Numbered from the stretch's first letter, positions 45,132-55,223 are shown. The stretch: 62,516 bases of DNA from a virus (IMGVR_UViG_3300023199_000083:1-62516); one strand, 5' to 3'. Made by a program: numbers and translations. The notes: generated from the letters alone by a model not told the origin.

Positions 45132-45539
45132 ATGAGCAACACAAGCGAACTTGGTACGCGACCCCGCAGCTACGAGGAAGGCAAAAAGTTAAGGGCGGAG
45201 AACATCCGCACGACATTTCCTCACGCAGTTGCGTGGATCCACAAGCACATGCTTCAAGGCGACCGTGCTGGCAAGTTTGACTGGTCGCTGGTGCTCGCTG
45301 ACGATTCGCGCCATGGGGCAATCGTCGATCTCGGCTACATTGCGACGGACGATTTCGAACAGCTGGCAATCGTGCGGGAGCTGTTCGTCGGCTGTCGTGC
45401 GATACGACGGGGAGATGGGCGCACGTGCCACTACACCGTCGAGGACCCGTCAGACACCGGCGTATTGTTTCGCTGGCACGTGTACGCACAGCCCCGCCTA
45501 CAATCGATGGATGAAACGGACACGGTAACGATAGTATAG
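45132..45539 (+). CDS. Hypothetical protein
   Basis: Operon context. Confidence 0.55.
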   Translation: MSNTSELGTRPRSYEEGKKLRAENIRTTFPHAVAWIHKHMLQGDRAGKFDWSLVLADDSRHGAIVDLGYIATDDFEQLAIVRELFVGCRAIRRGDGRTCHYTVEDPSDTGVLFRWHVYAQPRLQSMDETDTVTIV

Positions 45540-45597
45540 AGGGAGCGATGGGCCAGCATAAATACCACAGCGGCGTTCGTCGGCAGCAGGTGGACCT

Positions 45598-45858
45598 ATG
45601 AGAACCACCGCCGCATACCTTCACGGCCGGTTACGAGCCGGGCACGTCGTCCGAATACGGCTCCGGGACGGGCTTCAAGTCCGCTTCTCTCCCGAGTCCG
45701 CACGCAATCACCCGTTCCGGGACAACCTGGACGGGTGCTTGTATTGCAAGGTGCTCGGCCGCTGGGTCAAAATAGCAGAGTCGCGGCAGATGCTGGCGAC
45801 CGTGGACGATGGCGAGGGGGACGTTAGCAGATTTTGGAAACGAGGAAATGAACAATGA
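45598..45858 (+). CDS. Hypothetical protein
   Basis: ATGA coupling to the next gene. Confidence 0.55.
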   Translation: MRTTAAYLHGRLRAGHVVRIRLRDGLQVRFSPESARNHPFRDNLDGCLYCKVLGRWVKIAESRQMLATVDDGEGDVSRFWKRGNEQ

Positions 45859-46223
45859 ACACCTGTTACCGATACTCGGCCGGGATCGCCTACGGAATCG
45901 CGTTTCTGTCCTCGCCAGCCAACGGAGTCGAAATACACGTCGAGTCCGAACAGATCGCCGACATGAGGCGGATTCTGGGCCGGTACGAACTTCCGGACGA
46001 TCTTTACCTTGCCATGATGGCCGACATCGACGCGATGGAGGATCGGATACACGCCGCGGATAACGACCCGGACTTCAAGAACCGCCGAATCGCGGAGATC
46101 GACCGGTCTATTTCCGCGCTCGGCCCGGCTCGGTACACTGCACAAGAGCTGTGGTTGATGCTGGTCTTTGGCGCGGTTGCTGTTGGGTCGCTGGTTCTTG
46201 CTGCTGTGAGATGGGGGATATAA
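45855..46223 (+). CDS. Hypothetical protein with C-terminal TM helix
   Basis: GAGG RBS; LWLMLVFGAVAVGSLVLAAV. Confidence 0.6.
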   Translation: MNTCYRYSAGIAYGIAFLSSPANGVEIHVESEQIADMRRILGRYELPDDLYLAMMADIDAMEDRIHAADNDPDFKNRRIAEIDRSISALGPARYTAQELWLMLVFGAVAVGSLVLAAVRWGI

Positions 46224-46252
46224 ACGTGTCGATAAATGAAAGGAAAACGGAC

Positions 46253-46510
46253 ATGGCGGAAAAACGTGTCGATTCGGCGGACATGATTGCAACTGTTTCG
46301 ACCGGCGAACCGTCAACGCTCGGTACTTACAGGCGCATTGCGGCACAGCTGACCGGCGAAGATTCGGCAGCAACCAAGATGCTGGACGACAAGATACAGG
46401 ACCTGGGCGAGGACGAGAAGGTAATCGCGCCCGAATCTCAAATGATGATGCTGATCGTGCACATGGGCCTCGCCGAGAAACTGGAAGCGCCTACCGATGA
46501 CAAGGAATAG
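46253..46510 (+). CDS. Hypothetical protein
   Basis: AAGGA RBS. Confidence 0.6.
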   Translation: MAEKRVDSADMIATVSTGEPSTLGTYRRIAAQLTGEDSAATKMLDDKIQDLGEDEKVIAPESQMMMLIVHMGLAEKLEAPTDDKE

Positions 46511-46515
46511 CCACA

Positions 46516-47067
46516 ATGACACCGGCAACCCTCGGCGGAAAAGACTTTGAATCACTGATACGAATCGAGGGCGATCGGCTCCACAAGCGACGGCTCGCCA
46601 TGCTGACTCGGTACGGCACGCAGACCGTCTATCCAAGCGGAGAGCCGAGGCAGATCAAAAGCCTGCCGGACTTCGAGTTGACCTTGCCGGACTCGCGCCA
46701 GGTAGTGTTCGATGCCAAGGTGGAATCCGGCCCGTCCTTCTCGATGTCCAAGTACCGAGAGGGGGGCAGCAAACACCACCAGCTTAGATACATGCTTGAG
46801 AAAAGCGACTATTTGGTCCCGTGCGGTTTCCTGATCCACTTCAATCAGCGGAACCTAAAGACACGACCGGAACCAGCCGCTACAATTTGGGTGCCGGTGT
46901 CGATGGACGTTCCGTTTTGGGGGCAGTTCGCGGCGGGGGAGACCAGTACGCTGCGGAGATCGGTGGCGGCAGAGATAGGGCAAGCCGTGGAGTGGGCCGT
47001 ACCCAATCGGTGCCGGGCGGTGCGACCGGACTTGCTAATGATGGCTGACCGTGCTTTGAGTGGATAA
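46516..47067 (+). CDS. recU: RecU-like Holliday junction resolvase
   Basis: GKDFESLI...KSLPDF...VFDAK...HQLRY..GFLIHF. Confidence 0.78.
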   Translation: MTPATLGGKDFESLIRIEGDRLHKRRLAMLTRYGTQTVYPSGEPRQIKSLPDFELTLPDSRQVVFDAKVESGPSFSMSKYREGGSKHHQLRYMLEKSDYLVPCGFLIHFNQRNLKTRPEPAATIWVPVSMDVPFWGQFAAGETSTLRRSVAAEIGQAVEWAVPNRCRAVRPDLLMMADRALSG

Positions 47068-47415
47068 ATGCTTAGAGATTCGCACTTTGTCGGCTGTCGC
47101 GACCTGCCAGACGACATGGCCGAGTGCCTAGATAAGCCGTGGAACTTTGTCGGGGTGGTTAAATATAGCTGCCGAGTGTTCTCGTACCAGTGTACTAAGT
47201 GCTTTGTCCAGCCGTGCTTCTTCTACACACCGGAATCTATAGGCCAGCCCCTTAATGATATCGTCACTCTCGATTGCAGACGATTCGTAACCGACGACAA
47301 AATCGAAGTCATGGTATATTTCGGGACATGCAATGAGTGCGGGTCAGTTTACTGGGCAAGGTCCGGGCCTCCGTTCCGCAGAGCCAAAGCCTATCGCGGA
47401 GAACCTGTGGGGTAA
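47068..47415 (+). CDS. Cys-rich hypothetical protein
   Basis: CTKC...CNECG; abuts recU. Confidence 0.55.
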   Translation: MLRDSHFVGCRDLPDDMAECLDKPWNFVGVVKYSCRVFSYQCTKCFVQPCFFYTPESIGQPLNDIVTLDCRRFVTDDKIEVMVYFGTCNECGSVYWARSGPPFRRAKAYRGEPVG

Positions 47416-47421
47416 AACGAC

Positions 47422-47721
47422 ATGCCGACCAGGTGGGAAGAGTGCGAGCCGATACGAGTGGGCGACCGAGTATCGACCACCACACTGGGACAAGTGAAAA
47501 TGGCCGCCATCGAACACGGAGAGGAACCACCGACCTGGACCGTGGAGGCCGTGCGTAAGCAAGGAAGGCGGACCCAGTACTATTTCGGCGGACAGTGGCA
47601 CGGCGCGGCCCACGTCTATTTCGTGCCCGATGCCGAGCATATCAGCCGGGAAACGGCGAAGTTTCGCAGTCGGTGGCTGGAACTGAAGCGGAAGGGCCTG
47701 ATCCGGGAAGAAGGACATTGA
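47422..47721 (+). CDS. Hypothetical protein
   Basis: Last gene of the plus arm. Confidence 0.55.
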   Translation: MPTRWEECEPIRVGDRVSTTTLGQVKMAAIEHGEEPPTWTVEAVRKQGRRTQYYFGGQWHGAAHVYFVPDAEHISRETAKFRSRWLELKRKGLIREEGH

Positions 47722-48277
47722 GCCGATCCTGAAGCTCTACCAGTTCCTCCGCAATCTCGGCCGCCAACTCGCCATCGAGCAGGCTTCGGGCCATCTTCTG
47801 ACTTGTAGCGCGGCGATCTATCGTCTCCGACAGCACGCGACGCTGAAGAGACCGGAGCGCCGACTCCAAAAAGCCCTGGGAGTCGTCTTGCTCCAGACCC
47901 AGTGCAGACTTGGCCGACCGAACATTGCCCACCGACCGTGGCAATTCGTCTTTGAGAATCTTATACGCTGGCCGCAGAGCTGGAGGCTCACGGTTGGAGT
48001 CGATCAGAGACAAAGCCTCGTCAAACTCACCCCGCCGAGCCAGAGCGGCCCCAACCAACATCGCCGACAACAGCTCCCGATTGCTCGCACTCATCAAAAT
48101 CCCCCGTGTAAAACGCGCCACCAAATAGCCCACACTACCCAAACAACACTGTCCGAATGTCTGGTTTGCTCTTCGGCTCAGACCGGAGCGCAGCAACCCC
48201 CTCCGAAAAGGGGATTGCGCGATAGCATACAAAAAAGGCTTGCTCTTTCGGACGAGCCGTCGCTTTGCCGTGGTCAC
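47642..48277 (-). CDS. Hypothetical helical protein (start may be MSASNRE)
   Basis: ORF track. Confidence 0.5.
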   Translation of the reverse strand: MTTAKRRLVRKSKPFLYAIAQSPFRRGLLRSGLSRRANQTFGQCCLGSVGYLVARFTRGILMSASNRELLSAMLVGAALARRGEFDEALSLIDSNREPPALRPAYKILKDELPRSVGNVRSAKSALGLEQDDSQGFLESALRSLQRRVLSETIDRRATSQKMARSLLDGELAAEIAEELVELQDRLNVLLPGSGPSASVPATDCETSPFPG

Positions 48278-48412
48278 TGTGTTTTTTATTCGGTGCGTAC
48301 CACGTTCACCCTACACCGCCGACTAGACTGGATTTATTGCCAGCCACGCGCCCCGTACGTTGTCGCCTGACGCTATGCCGGTATCGACCCGGTTAACTAC
48401 GCTGCGGACCGA

Positions 48413-48736
48413 TCAGCTCCCCTGCTGCTGGCCTTCTGGCCGCTCGGGCGGGCAGGGTGCCGCCTGATGAGTTGTTGGATCGGCGACTGTATCACATCCG
48501 TCGCCACTGTGCACTATCCCAACGGATAGTTTTTGTTTCATTTCCACAAAAACTTTTCTGGCTTTTTCGAGAAACGCTTCATCGTTCGCGTATTCCCACC
48601 CATCGGCCTTGTCATCGCGCAGCGCCTGGGCCAGAATGTCGATCCACTCATTGGACCGAGCCGACTGCATTTTATCGAGCAAGAACTGTTGCAGTTCTTC
48701 GTCAGTTGGGTCGTGGCTTTCCGGCTTGTCAATCAT
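48413..48736 (-). CDS. Hypothetical protein
   Basis: TAATG coupling to the helicase stop. Confidence 0.55.
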   Translation of the reverse strand: MIDKPESHDPTDEELQQFLLDKMQSARSNEWIDILAQALRDDKADGWEYANDEAFLEKARKVFVEMKQKLSVGIVHSGDGCDTVADPTTHQAAPCPPERPEGQQQGS

Positions 48737-51700
48737 TACTTCAGCTCCTCGCCCTTTTTCTTCTTCAGCCACCGCCCGAACCCGTTCCTCGGGTGCCGAA
48801 TCGCGTAATCGATCGCAGACGAGGCCGTCCGCGTGTTCAGTTGGTCGATTTGAGCCGCGTTGTAGCCAAGTTTTTGGAGCATGGACCGCTGCTTTTCCGT
48901 CGGCCCGACATTCTGCAAGTACCCCGGCACACGCACGGTCGGAATCTGGGCCATCGAGTACAGCGACCCGGCGTCGATCAAGTCGTAATCCACGTCGACA
49001 GTCACACGTGCCCGTTTTGCCTCCCGTTCGAGCCGCACAGCCTCCCGAGCCTCGTCCAGGGCCTCAATCGCCGACTTGTCATAATCCTTTCGAGCGGCGT
49101 AACTCTTGGCCGTATCGATGACTTCCTGATCCGGCGCTTCTCCCGCAAGCACATCGATTGTGGACACCAGGCTATGGCGGCCTGCCTGGCCTACGAAATC
49201 GATCACCGTGCAATGCGGCTTCGCGCTGGCCGCAATAGCCGCTCGCCGTTCTGCTGGCGTCTCCGGGCCGTCAACCGTACCGGGAATCGGACGCGACCCG
49301 CGACCAATGCACTGGACATACAGGCCCCTGCTCTTGGTCGGGCGACCCATGCCAATCACCTTCACGGCTGGTACATCAAAGCCCTCTGTATTTCCGGTGA
49401 CCGTGACGGTCCCTCGACGCCGAGTAACAATGAAGCCGGTGTCAGACTTAACACACCACACGGTTTCGGGCTTCCAGCCTTCTTCCATCTCCATTCTGTA
49501 TTTTGTCATCGCATGACTGCCCATCGGCCCGCGATAAGACAACGATAATCGCCACAAAGGAGCGTGACTCGGGTTTTTCGACGCATTACTTTTGCCGTCG
49601 GTAATACTGGCACGATACCCCCGGCAGACAGCGACGGCTTGCAGCAAGTCAAGAAGTCCTTTGTTCGTGTTAAAAATCCTGAACCTGCGGTTGGCCGGCG
49701 GCCTCTCCGCATCGCCATGGTCTCCATCAGCGTACCACAACCCAAGAAGCAATGCGTCGAACTGTTCTTGGTCCAGCCCCCACAACAACTTCGATCCGTC
49801 TTTGTTTAAGTACTCCTCTAAGTGATATAGTCCGTTTCGGGCTTGTTGACCAAAGCCAGTTCCGCGAGGAATAGACCACGTTAAAGCCGGCGATCGCAAC
49901 GACCCGTGAACTTTTACGTCTCTGCGCACGAAGTCTACGCCCAGTGCCTTTAGCACACAATCAACCCACTCGCAGATATTCGGATAAGCCGTGGACTGAG
50001 ATAGAGTGTACTCAACGCCGCCTCTCTGCAACCTGTTACACGAGCCGTCGCCCAGCCAAAAGCCTATAAATTTACACTCGTCTACTGAAAGGTCTTGAGG
50101 TGACCTGCGACTAAGAGACTGCCTTCGCCCAATGCGACGCATAGCCTCAACCCTAGCCTCTTGCGGCGACATTCCGGCTTTTCGAAGATGGTACGAGTTG
50201 GCCGCCACTCGCCGTCCGAAACTAGCCTTTGTCTTGACTCCCTCGCCGCAGTCCAATAGCAATGGCTCGGAGTATCCGCAAATAGGAACCTCGGCCTTTT
50301 TGCTAACCATATCTCGTGCGCGACAAACCATAAACTTTCCCTGCTGGTATGTTCGGTACAGCACTCGATGGCCATCCGTCACCCTAATGGACATGTTTAT
50401 GGTTTCCAAGACCACCATCTGCTCATCGTCTCTGCGATTCCTTACCTCAATAGCCAAAGGCTCGGCAAAATGAATTACGCCTTGGTCCCAGTTCGCTATC
50501 TTGTGACCATGCGTAATTCGATCGTGTCCTACCCAGCCGCTGTCAGTTAACACCTCCGTTTTATCGTCCAGGCACGCCACACCGCAGTTCACAAGATGCT
50601 GTATTTCCCCGGCCTTGAACGCCTTGATGACCGCTTTCCGCCGCGAATCCTGCGGGGACCACGTGCCATCGATTGCAACCGCTGTGTTCTGGTGACTGTG
50701 GCCGTGGACTTCCTGGTGGTAATCGCGAATCAATTCGGCCAACCGATGGGCTTGCCGGACCGAAGCCGTGAACACAATCGACTGTTTGCTGGCTCCGCAC
50801 ACATCGACCATCGGCTTGGCCATCGAATGCAGAACCCGTTCCTGCTCGACGATCTCTTGCAGCTGCTTATTGTGCAGGTCCCCGGCCACAGTACGCACCG
50901 ATCGCAAGTCCAGCCCGTTGACTCGAACAAACTTTTGCACCGGTGCCACCAACCAGCCCTGTTCGATCGCCCACGTCAGGTTATAATCACAGATCACGTC
51001 GTCATAGACCTTCCCCATCCCCTGCCCGTCGAGCCGATCGGGCGTGGCCGTCACTCCGACCAGGCACAGGCTGGGGTTCCGCTCCCGAAAGTACCGAATC
51101 ACGCGCCGGTACGTGGTGGCGAGGCTCCGATGCGCCTCGTCGATCAGAAGCAACCCAAATTCCGGCGGATAGAACTTCTCCATCCGGTACTTACCACGCC
51201 GACGGCTGTTCAGGGTTTGGACCGAGGCCACCACGACATGGCTCTTATTCGCCCGCTGGTCGGCTTCGTAAGACGCCTGTTCCAGGTCGCAATCACAGCC
51301 CGCCACCCGCTCGAATTCCGCCATCGCCTGGACATTAAGCTCAAACCTATGGCTCATCAGCATCACGCGCCCGACCGGCCACCTGCCCGCCAGCCCGGCC
51401 ATCATGCTGGTGTTGTGAGTAAGTGTGTAGCCAGACGTCACATACAGACCGTCGTTAGAATCTACCTGGATGCAGACGCACTTCTCTTGCTCGCCCGTCT
51501 CCCTGACAAACGCAACGGCCTTGCTTCGGTGCCGATTAGTTTTAGGAATCCTCCAGCGGCGCGCCTTTCTGCTGAGCCTAAAGGGACACATATCGATCCG
51601 CACTGCCACGGCGTAAAACGGACTTCCCCGGCGACGCTCGCCCTTGTACGAGTAGTATTGCCCGGGATGCTCCCTTGCCCTAGCAAACCCGCCAAGACTA

Positions 51701-52545
51701 CGAATCAGGTCGCACACGTCATCTGCCAAGCCCTTGTTGACCGTGCTGAAATACGCGGTTCCCTGTTTTTTGCTGCACGACCCGTCCGTGTCCATTAGTC
51801 CCTGTAGCAAAGATAGTCTTTGGGAAAGGCTGCCGACCATGTACTCTTTCGGTATCCTTTTTGTATAGCATGTGCTTTTTCCTAGGACATCCACTATACG
51901 AGAAGCAGCCGGCCCTATAAGGCAATACGCATCTTCCCGAACCTGGCGGAACTCTAGACTCTCCAATCGCGACAGCTCGTTCAGAATTTCCGTGTCGAGC
52001 GTGTGAACCTTAGTTTGCTTGGTCAAGGAACCGTCGCCTATCATGACCCCCAAGACATATGGGTCGACCGGGAAGTCGCAGCGTGTGCCATAAATCACGG
52101 GGGCCAAGCGAGGCAAGTAAATAGGCTCTTTTGCTATGGACAATTGCTGTCCCAGTTGACAAGTGTCTGACACGGACCAGTGTACCCTACGGTCAGTTCG
52201 GTGGGTCCATAGGTGATCTCGGCAGCACCGAACAAACGTTCGGTCTGTCAGCCCAACTTCCCAAATAGCCTTTGTTGCTTGGGGAAACACATCCAGCACT
52301 TTTACTGGCGCCCCGTCCGAGCCGATGACATAATCAGAAGGGCGGATCGACCCTATCGGCCTCCACCCGCTGGGAGTTAGCACCCTTTCTGTTACCGGCT
52401 GTGCCTTCCCGAGCCCGGTGGCTGCGACAATAAGCAACGATCGGGTCGTCGTCCGGGCCTGACGGCTCGACCCCGAACCGGCAGAAGATGTCACCGATTG
52501 CGGTGACTTGATAGCCTCTAAATCGAAAAGTGTTGGATTGCTCAC
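48736..52545 (-). CDS. SF2 DEAD/DEAH helicase with two inteins
   Basis: ATGLGK/T, LIDEAH, GVTATPDR, TEGFD, QCIGRGSR; extein about 543 aa. Confidence 0.93.
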   Translation of the reverse strand: MSNPTLFDLEAIKSPQSVTSSAGSGSSRQARTTTRSLLIVAATGLGKAQPVTERVLTPSGWRPIGSIRPSDYVIGSDGAPVKVLDVFPQATKAIWEVGLTDRTFVRCCRDHLWTHRTDRRVHWSVSDTCQLGQQLSIAKEPIYLPRLAPVIYGTRCDFPVDPYVLGVMIGDGSLTKQTKVHTLDTEILNELSRLESLEFRQVREDAYCLIGPAASRIVDVLGKSTCYTKRIPKEYMVGSLSQRLSLLQGLMDTDGSCSKKQGTAYFSTVNKGLADDVCDLIRSLGGFARAREHPGQYYSYKGERRRGSPFYAVAVRIDMCPFRLSRKARRWRIPKTNRHRSKAVAFVRETGEQEKCVCIQVDSNDGLYVTSGYTLTHNTSMMAGLAGRWPVGRVMLMSHRFELNVQAMAEFERVAGCDCDLEQASYEADQRANKSHVVVASVQTLNSRRRGKYRMEKFYPPEFGLLLIDEAHRSLATTYRRVIRYFRERNPSLCLVGVTATPDRLDGQGMGKVYDDVICDYNLTWAIEQGWLVAPVQKFVRVNGLDLRSVRTVAGDLHNKQLQEIVEQERVLHSMAKPMVDVCGASKQSIVFTASVRQAHRLAELIRDYHQEVHGHSHQNTAVAIDGTWSPQDSRRKAVIKAFKAGEIQHLVNCGVACLDDKTEVLTDSGWVGHDRITHGHKIANWDQGVIHFAEPLAIEVRNRRDDEQMVVLETINMSIRVTDGHRVLYRTYQQGKFMVCRARDMVSKKAEVPICGYSEPLLLDCGEGVKTKASFGRRVAANSYHLRKAGMSPQEARVEAMRRIGRRQSLSRRSPQDLSVDECKFIGFWLGDGSCNRLQRGGVEYTLSQSTAYPNICEWVDCVLKALGVDFVRRDVKVHGSLRSPALTWSIPRGTGFGQQARNGLYHLEEYLNKDGSKLLWGLDQEQFDALLLGLWYADGDHGDAERPPANRRFRIFNTNKGLLDLLQAVAVCRGYRASITDGKSNASKNPSHAPLWRLSLSYRGPMGSHAMTKYRMEMEEGWKPETVWCVKSDTGFIVTRRRGTVTVTGNTEGFDVPAVKVIGMGRPTKSRGLYVQCIGRGSRPIPGTVDGPETPAERRAAIAASAKPHCTVIDFVGQAGRHSLVSTIDVLAGEAPDQEVIDTAKSYAARKDYDKSAIEALDEAREAVRLEREAKRARVTVDVDYDLIDAGSLYSMAQIPTVRVPGYLQNVGPTEKQRSMLQKLGYNAAQIDQLNTRTASSAIDYAIRHPRNGFGRWLKKKKGEELK
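49390..50574 (-). mobile_element. Intein 2 (395 aa, LAGLIDADG) in helicase motif V
   Basis: A/CLDDKTEVLTDSGW...TDGHR...IGFWLGDG...LGLWYADG...VTGN/TEGFD. Confidence 0.93.
51412..52404 (-). mobile_element. Intein 1 (331 aa, Ala1, LAGLIDADG) in the helicase Walker A
   Basis: GK/AQPVTERVLTPSGW...LGVMIGDG...LQGLMDTDG...CVCIQV...LTHN/T. Confidence 0.93.
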
Positions 52546-52572
52546 CTGTCATCCCCGTTGTCCTTTAAGAAT

Positions 52573-53529
52573 TCAATCCCGAAGCTCTTTCAGCCTCGAG
52601 CTGTTCACCCACCCGTAATTCGCACACTGAGCACAGTGCTGACCGGCACACCGAGGACAAACCGCCTCCGGTGTTCCAACCGCCAAGTAGCTTTGAGCGT
52701 GCCCCAGGTGGTCCAAAATCGCACGGCTGGAACCAATCACCGCTTCCAGTCCAGTCGCCTCTTCCAGTCCCCGAATCCGCGACATTAACTTGCCCATATC
52801 CTGCTTGAGCGACCGGCACACCGACCGGGCCTCCAATATATCGGTCTCAAATTGCGACCGCTGTACGTCCGGTTCCGGCTCTTTCTCCGGCTCCTCCTTG
52901 GGCTCCGGTTCCTCGCCCCGTTCCTCTTCGTTCTCCTCGTCCGGTGCCGACGGGGAAAACGGATCGGAGGCCGCTTTTGGCCTGGATCGCTTCGGATTGC
53001 TGGGCGGCTTGTCTTCGGCCTCTGGCTTGGTGTCCGATGATTTTGCGGCTGGTTCCTGTTCCGGTTCTGGCTCCGGCGGCTTCTCGACCTCTTGCTTGAG
53101 CCGAGACGCAAACGTGTGGCTTACCCCGGCCTCTTCGGCGACCTGCCGGATCGACCAGTCCGCGGCCTGTTTTAGTTTCAATAATGCCAGTACCGCTCGG
53201 CGCTTGTCCGCGTTCGTCCTTTTTACCCCGTGCAGTTGGTTCGACCGAATGGCGGCCAGTATCGCGTCCGGCAGAAACCCCGGCGTGATCCGGACAGGAA
53301 CCGACGACCGACCTGCCTTAATCGCCGCCGCCAGCCGATGGAACCCGTCCGTCAGCCAGAAAAAGGCCCCGTCGCTCACCGCGTCCAGCGGAGGGAATCG
53401 GTCCCCGTTACCAGCCGCCCATACCTCCGCGTACTCCGATACCGCGTCCTCGTCCAGGGCCTCTCGCATCTGAGTTCCCGCATCGGTCGTGATTAAATCG
53501 ATCGATATCGGTCGTGTCTGTTGGTCCAT
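52573..53529 (-). CDS. ParB/Srx N-terminal domain protein with HTH
   Basis: QMRE..WLTDGFHRLAA...SNQLHG...WSIRQVAEEAGVSHTF. Confidence 0.85.
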   Translation of the reverse strand: MDQQTRPISIDLITTDAGTQMREALDEDAVSEYAEVWAAGNGDRFPPLDAVSDGAFFWLTDGFHRLAAAIKAGRSSVPVRITPGFLPDAILAAIRSNQLHGVKRTNADKRRAVLALLKLKQAADWSIRQVAEEAGVSHTFASRLKQEVEKPPEPEPEQEPAAKSSDTKPEAEDKPPSNPKRSRPKAASDPFSPSAPDEENEEERGEEPEPKEEPEKEPEPDVQRSQFETDILEARSVCRSLKQDMGKLMSRIRGLEEATGLEAVIGSSRAILDHLGHAQSYLAVGTPEAVCPRCAGQHCAQCANYGWVNSSRLKELRD

Positions 53530-53572
53530 GCTGCTGTCACGCTCCTATTCCGTACCGGTTCCCTAGTCCGTC

Positions 53573-53649
53573 AGTATAACCGACCTGTCCATCCCGGTTA
53601 ACACACCGCTCGGATGTTTTGTTAACCGATCGGATTTTTTCGTTATTGT
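53573..53649. promoter_or_regulatory. Divergent GTTAAC-family promoters
   Basis: Minus GTTAAC-18-TATACT (53573-53602); plus GTTAAC-17-TATTGT (53621-53649). Confidence 0.6.
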
Positions 53650-53711
53650 GGACCAGACGTGTCCTGCGATGCAGGAACAATGACAAACACCGACACAACA
53701 AAAGGGCTACA

Positions 53712-55223
53712 ATGACGACTGAAAAGGCGGCGGCCGATCAACCGCGTGAAATTGAGATCGACCATGCACGGGGGGTGGAACTATTGCGGCTACCGATCCC
53801 CAAGGACGGCGGCATCGTTCTGGTCCGGGGCCGTTGTGGCTCCGGGAAGACGACCGTGATCGATTGCGTGAAGTCGCTTTCCGACCCGGAAGCACGAAAG
53901 CGGCTTGAGCCTACGGACCACGCTCCGCACGGGACGATCCGAGCGCCGGGCATGACTGTTCGCATCGGCCGATCCCGGACCAGCGCCGGCGAGTTGGAGA
54001 TGGACATCCTCGACGCCAGCAATGACCCGCTTAAATTCGTCGACCCCGGCATCAAGGACCTGGCCGCAGCGGATCGGCGTCGGCTTCAAACGCTGGTTCG
54101 GCTGAGTGGCGTCACGGTCCCGGCCGAGAAGTGGAAAGAGTTCGCATCAGACGCTGGCATCGATATCAGTCCGATTCTGGCAAAGGACGACGACCCGGTC
54201 GTGGTCGCGGACAAGCTCCGTCGCAAGATGCACGAAAAGGCTCTGGAGCAGGAGCGGCTGCGGGACACGAAGGAGGCCGAAGCTGCTACGAAGGAGCAGA
54301 CGGTCCAAGACGTGGACGTGTCCAGCGGCGGGGATTCGGCCGCTCTGAATCAGGTTCTGTCAGCAGCAATCGAGCGGCGGTCGGCCATCAGGAGCCAACG
54401 CGAGGCGGCACGCGAGGCAGCGACAGAAGCACAGCAGGCACGCGAGCGGCTTGAGAAGCTGGATCAGCCGCCGGGCCTGGACACGTTGGAGGAGGCGATC
54501 GAAGCCGCCGCTTACGAACTGGAAAAAGAGGACGGCCACATCTCCGGCCTAGAAGACAAAATAAACGAGCTAACAAATGAGCTCAAGGCAAGGCTAAGTA
54601 CCCGAAAGGATGCGGCCAACAAGATGGATCGTGCCATCGAGCGGAAGAAGTCGGCGGAGCAGCTACACAGCACGCTCAACGAGCTGTCGGCATCAATCGA
54701 GTCGCTCGAACAAAAGGCCGCTACAGACCCCGAAGACGACGCGATCATGGGGGCGGAGTCCGCAGTCGAACAAGCACAGTCGGTCGTAGAGCGAGCGGAC
54801 ACCGTTCGGCGAGCGATCCATCAGCGAGAACAGGCCGAGGAGCTGCGCACGGAGTCGAAGCAGGCGGCACAAACTGCCGACACGCTCCGGACCCTGGCCC
54901 GGTCCACCGATACGGTGCTGGAGTCGATTGTAGCGGACATGGGACTGGAGAACCTGCAAGTGCGAGACGGACGCATCTACACGACCACGCCACGGGGCAC
55001 AATCCCGGTGTCTGAGTTGAGCACAGGCGAGTTGACCCGGATTGCGCTGGAGATGGCAGCTCGCAACGTGAAGATGGGCGGGCTGGTACCGTGCGACCAT
55101 GAAGCGTTCCAGGCCCTCGACCCGGAACTGCAAGCCGAGGTCGCGTCCATCTGCAAGGAACTGAAGATTGTTTTATTTACCGGACAAGTCGACTCTGGCA
55201 AACTCCGGGTGGAGGTAATGTAA
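53712..55223 (+). CDS. Coiled-coil P-loop ATPase (SMC/Rad50-like)
   Basis: GRCGSGKTT, long coiled coil, ELSTGE signature, degenerate Walker B. Confidence 0.85.
   Translation: MTTEKAAADQPREIEIDHARGVELLRLPIPKDGGIVLVRGRCGSGKTTVIDCVKSLSDPEARKRLEPTDHAPHGTIRAPGMTVRIGRSRTSAGELEMDILDASNDPLKFVDPGIKDLAAADRRRLQTLVRLSGVTVPAEKWKEFASDAGIDISPILAKDDDPVVVADKLRRKMHEKALEQERLRDTKEAEAATKEQTVQDVDVSSGGDSAALNQVLSAAIERRSAIRSQREAAREAATEAQQARERLEKLDQPPGLDTLEEAIEAAAYELEKEDGHISGLEDKINELTNELKARLSTRKDAANKMDRAIERKKSAEQLHSTLNELSASIESLEQKAATDPEDDAIMGAESAVEQAQSVVERADTVRRAIHQREQAEELRTESKQAAQTADTLRTLARSTDTVLESIVADMGLENLQVRDGRIYTTTPRGTIPVSELSTGELTRIALEMAARNVKMGGLVPCDHEAFQALDPELQAEVASICKELKIVLFTGQVDSGKLRVEVM

Noticed and set aside
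48370-48397. Additional GTTAAC promoter on minus
   Set aside because: 16-nt spacer and weak -10 (TAGCGT); not counted
48457-51798. Long plus-strand ORFs (363 and 400 aa) and similar antisense ORFs elsewhere
   Set aside because: Shadow frames of well-supported genes in GC-rich DNA
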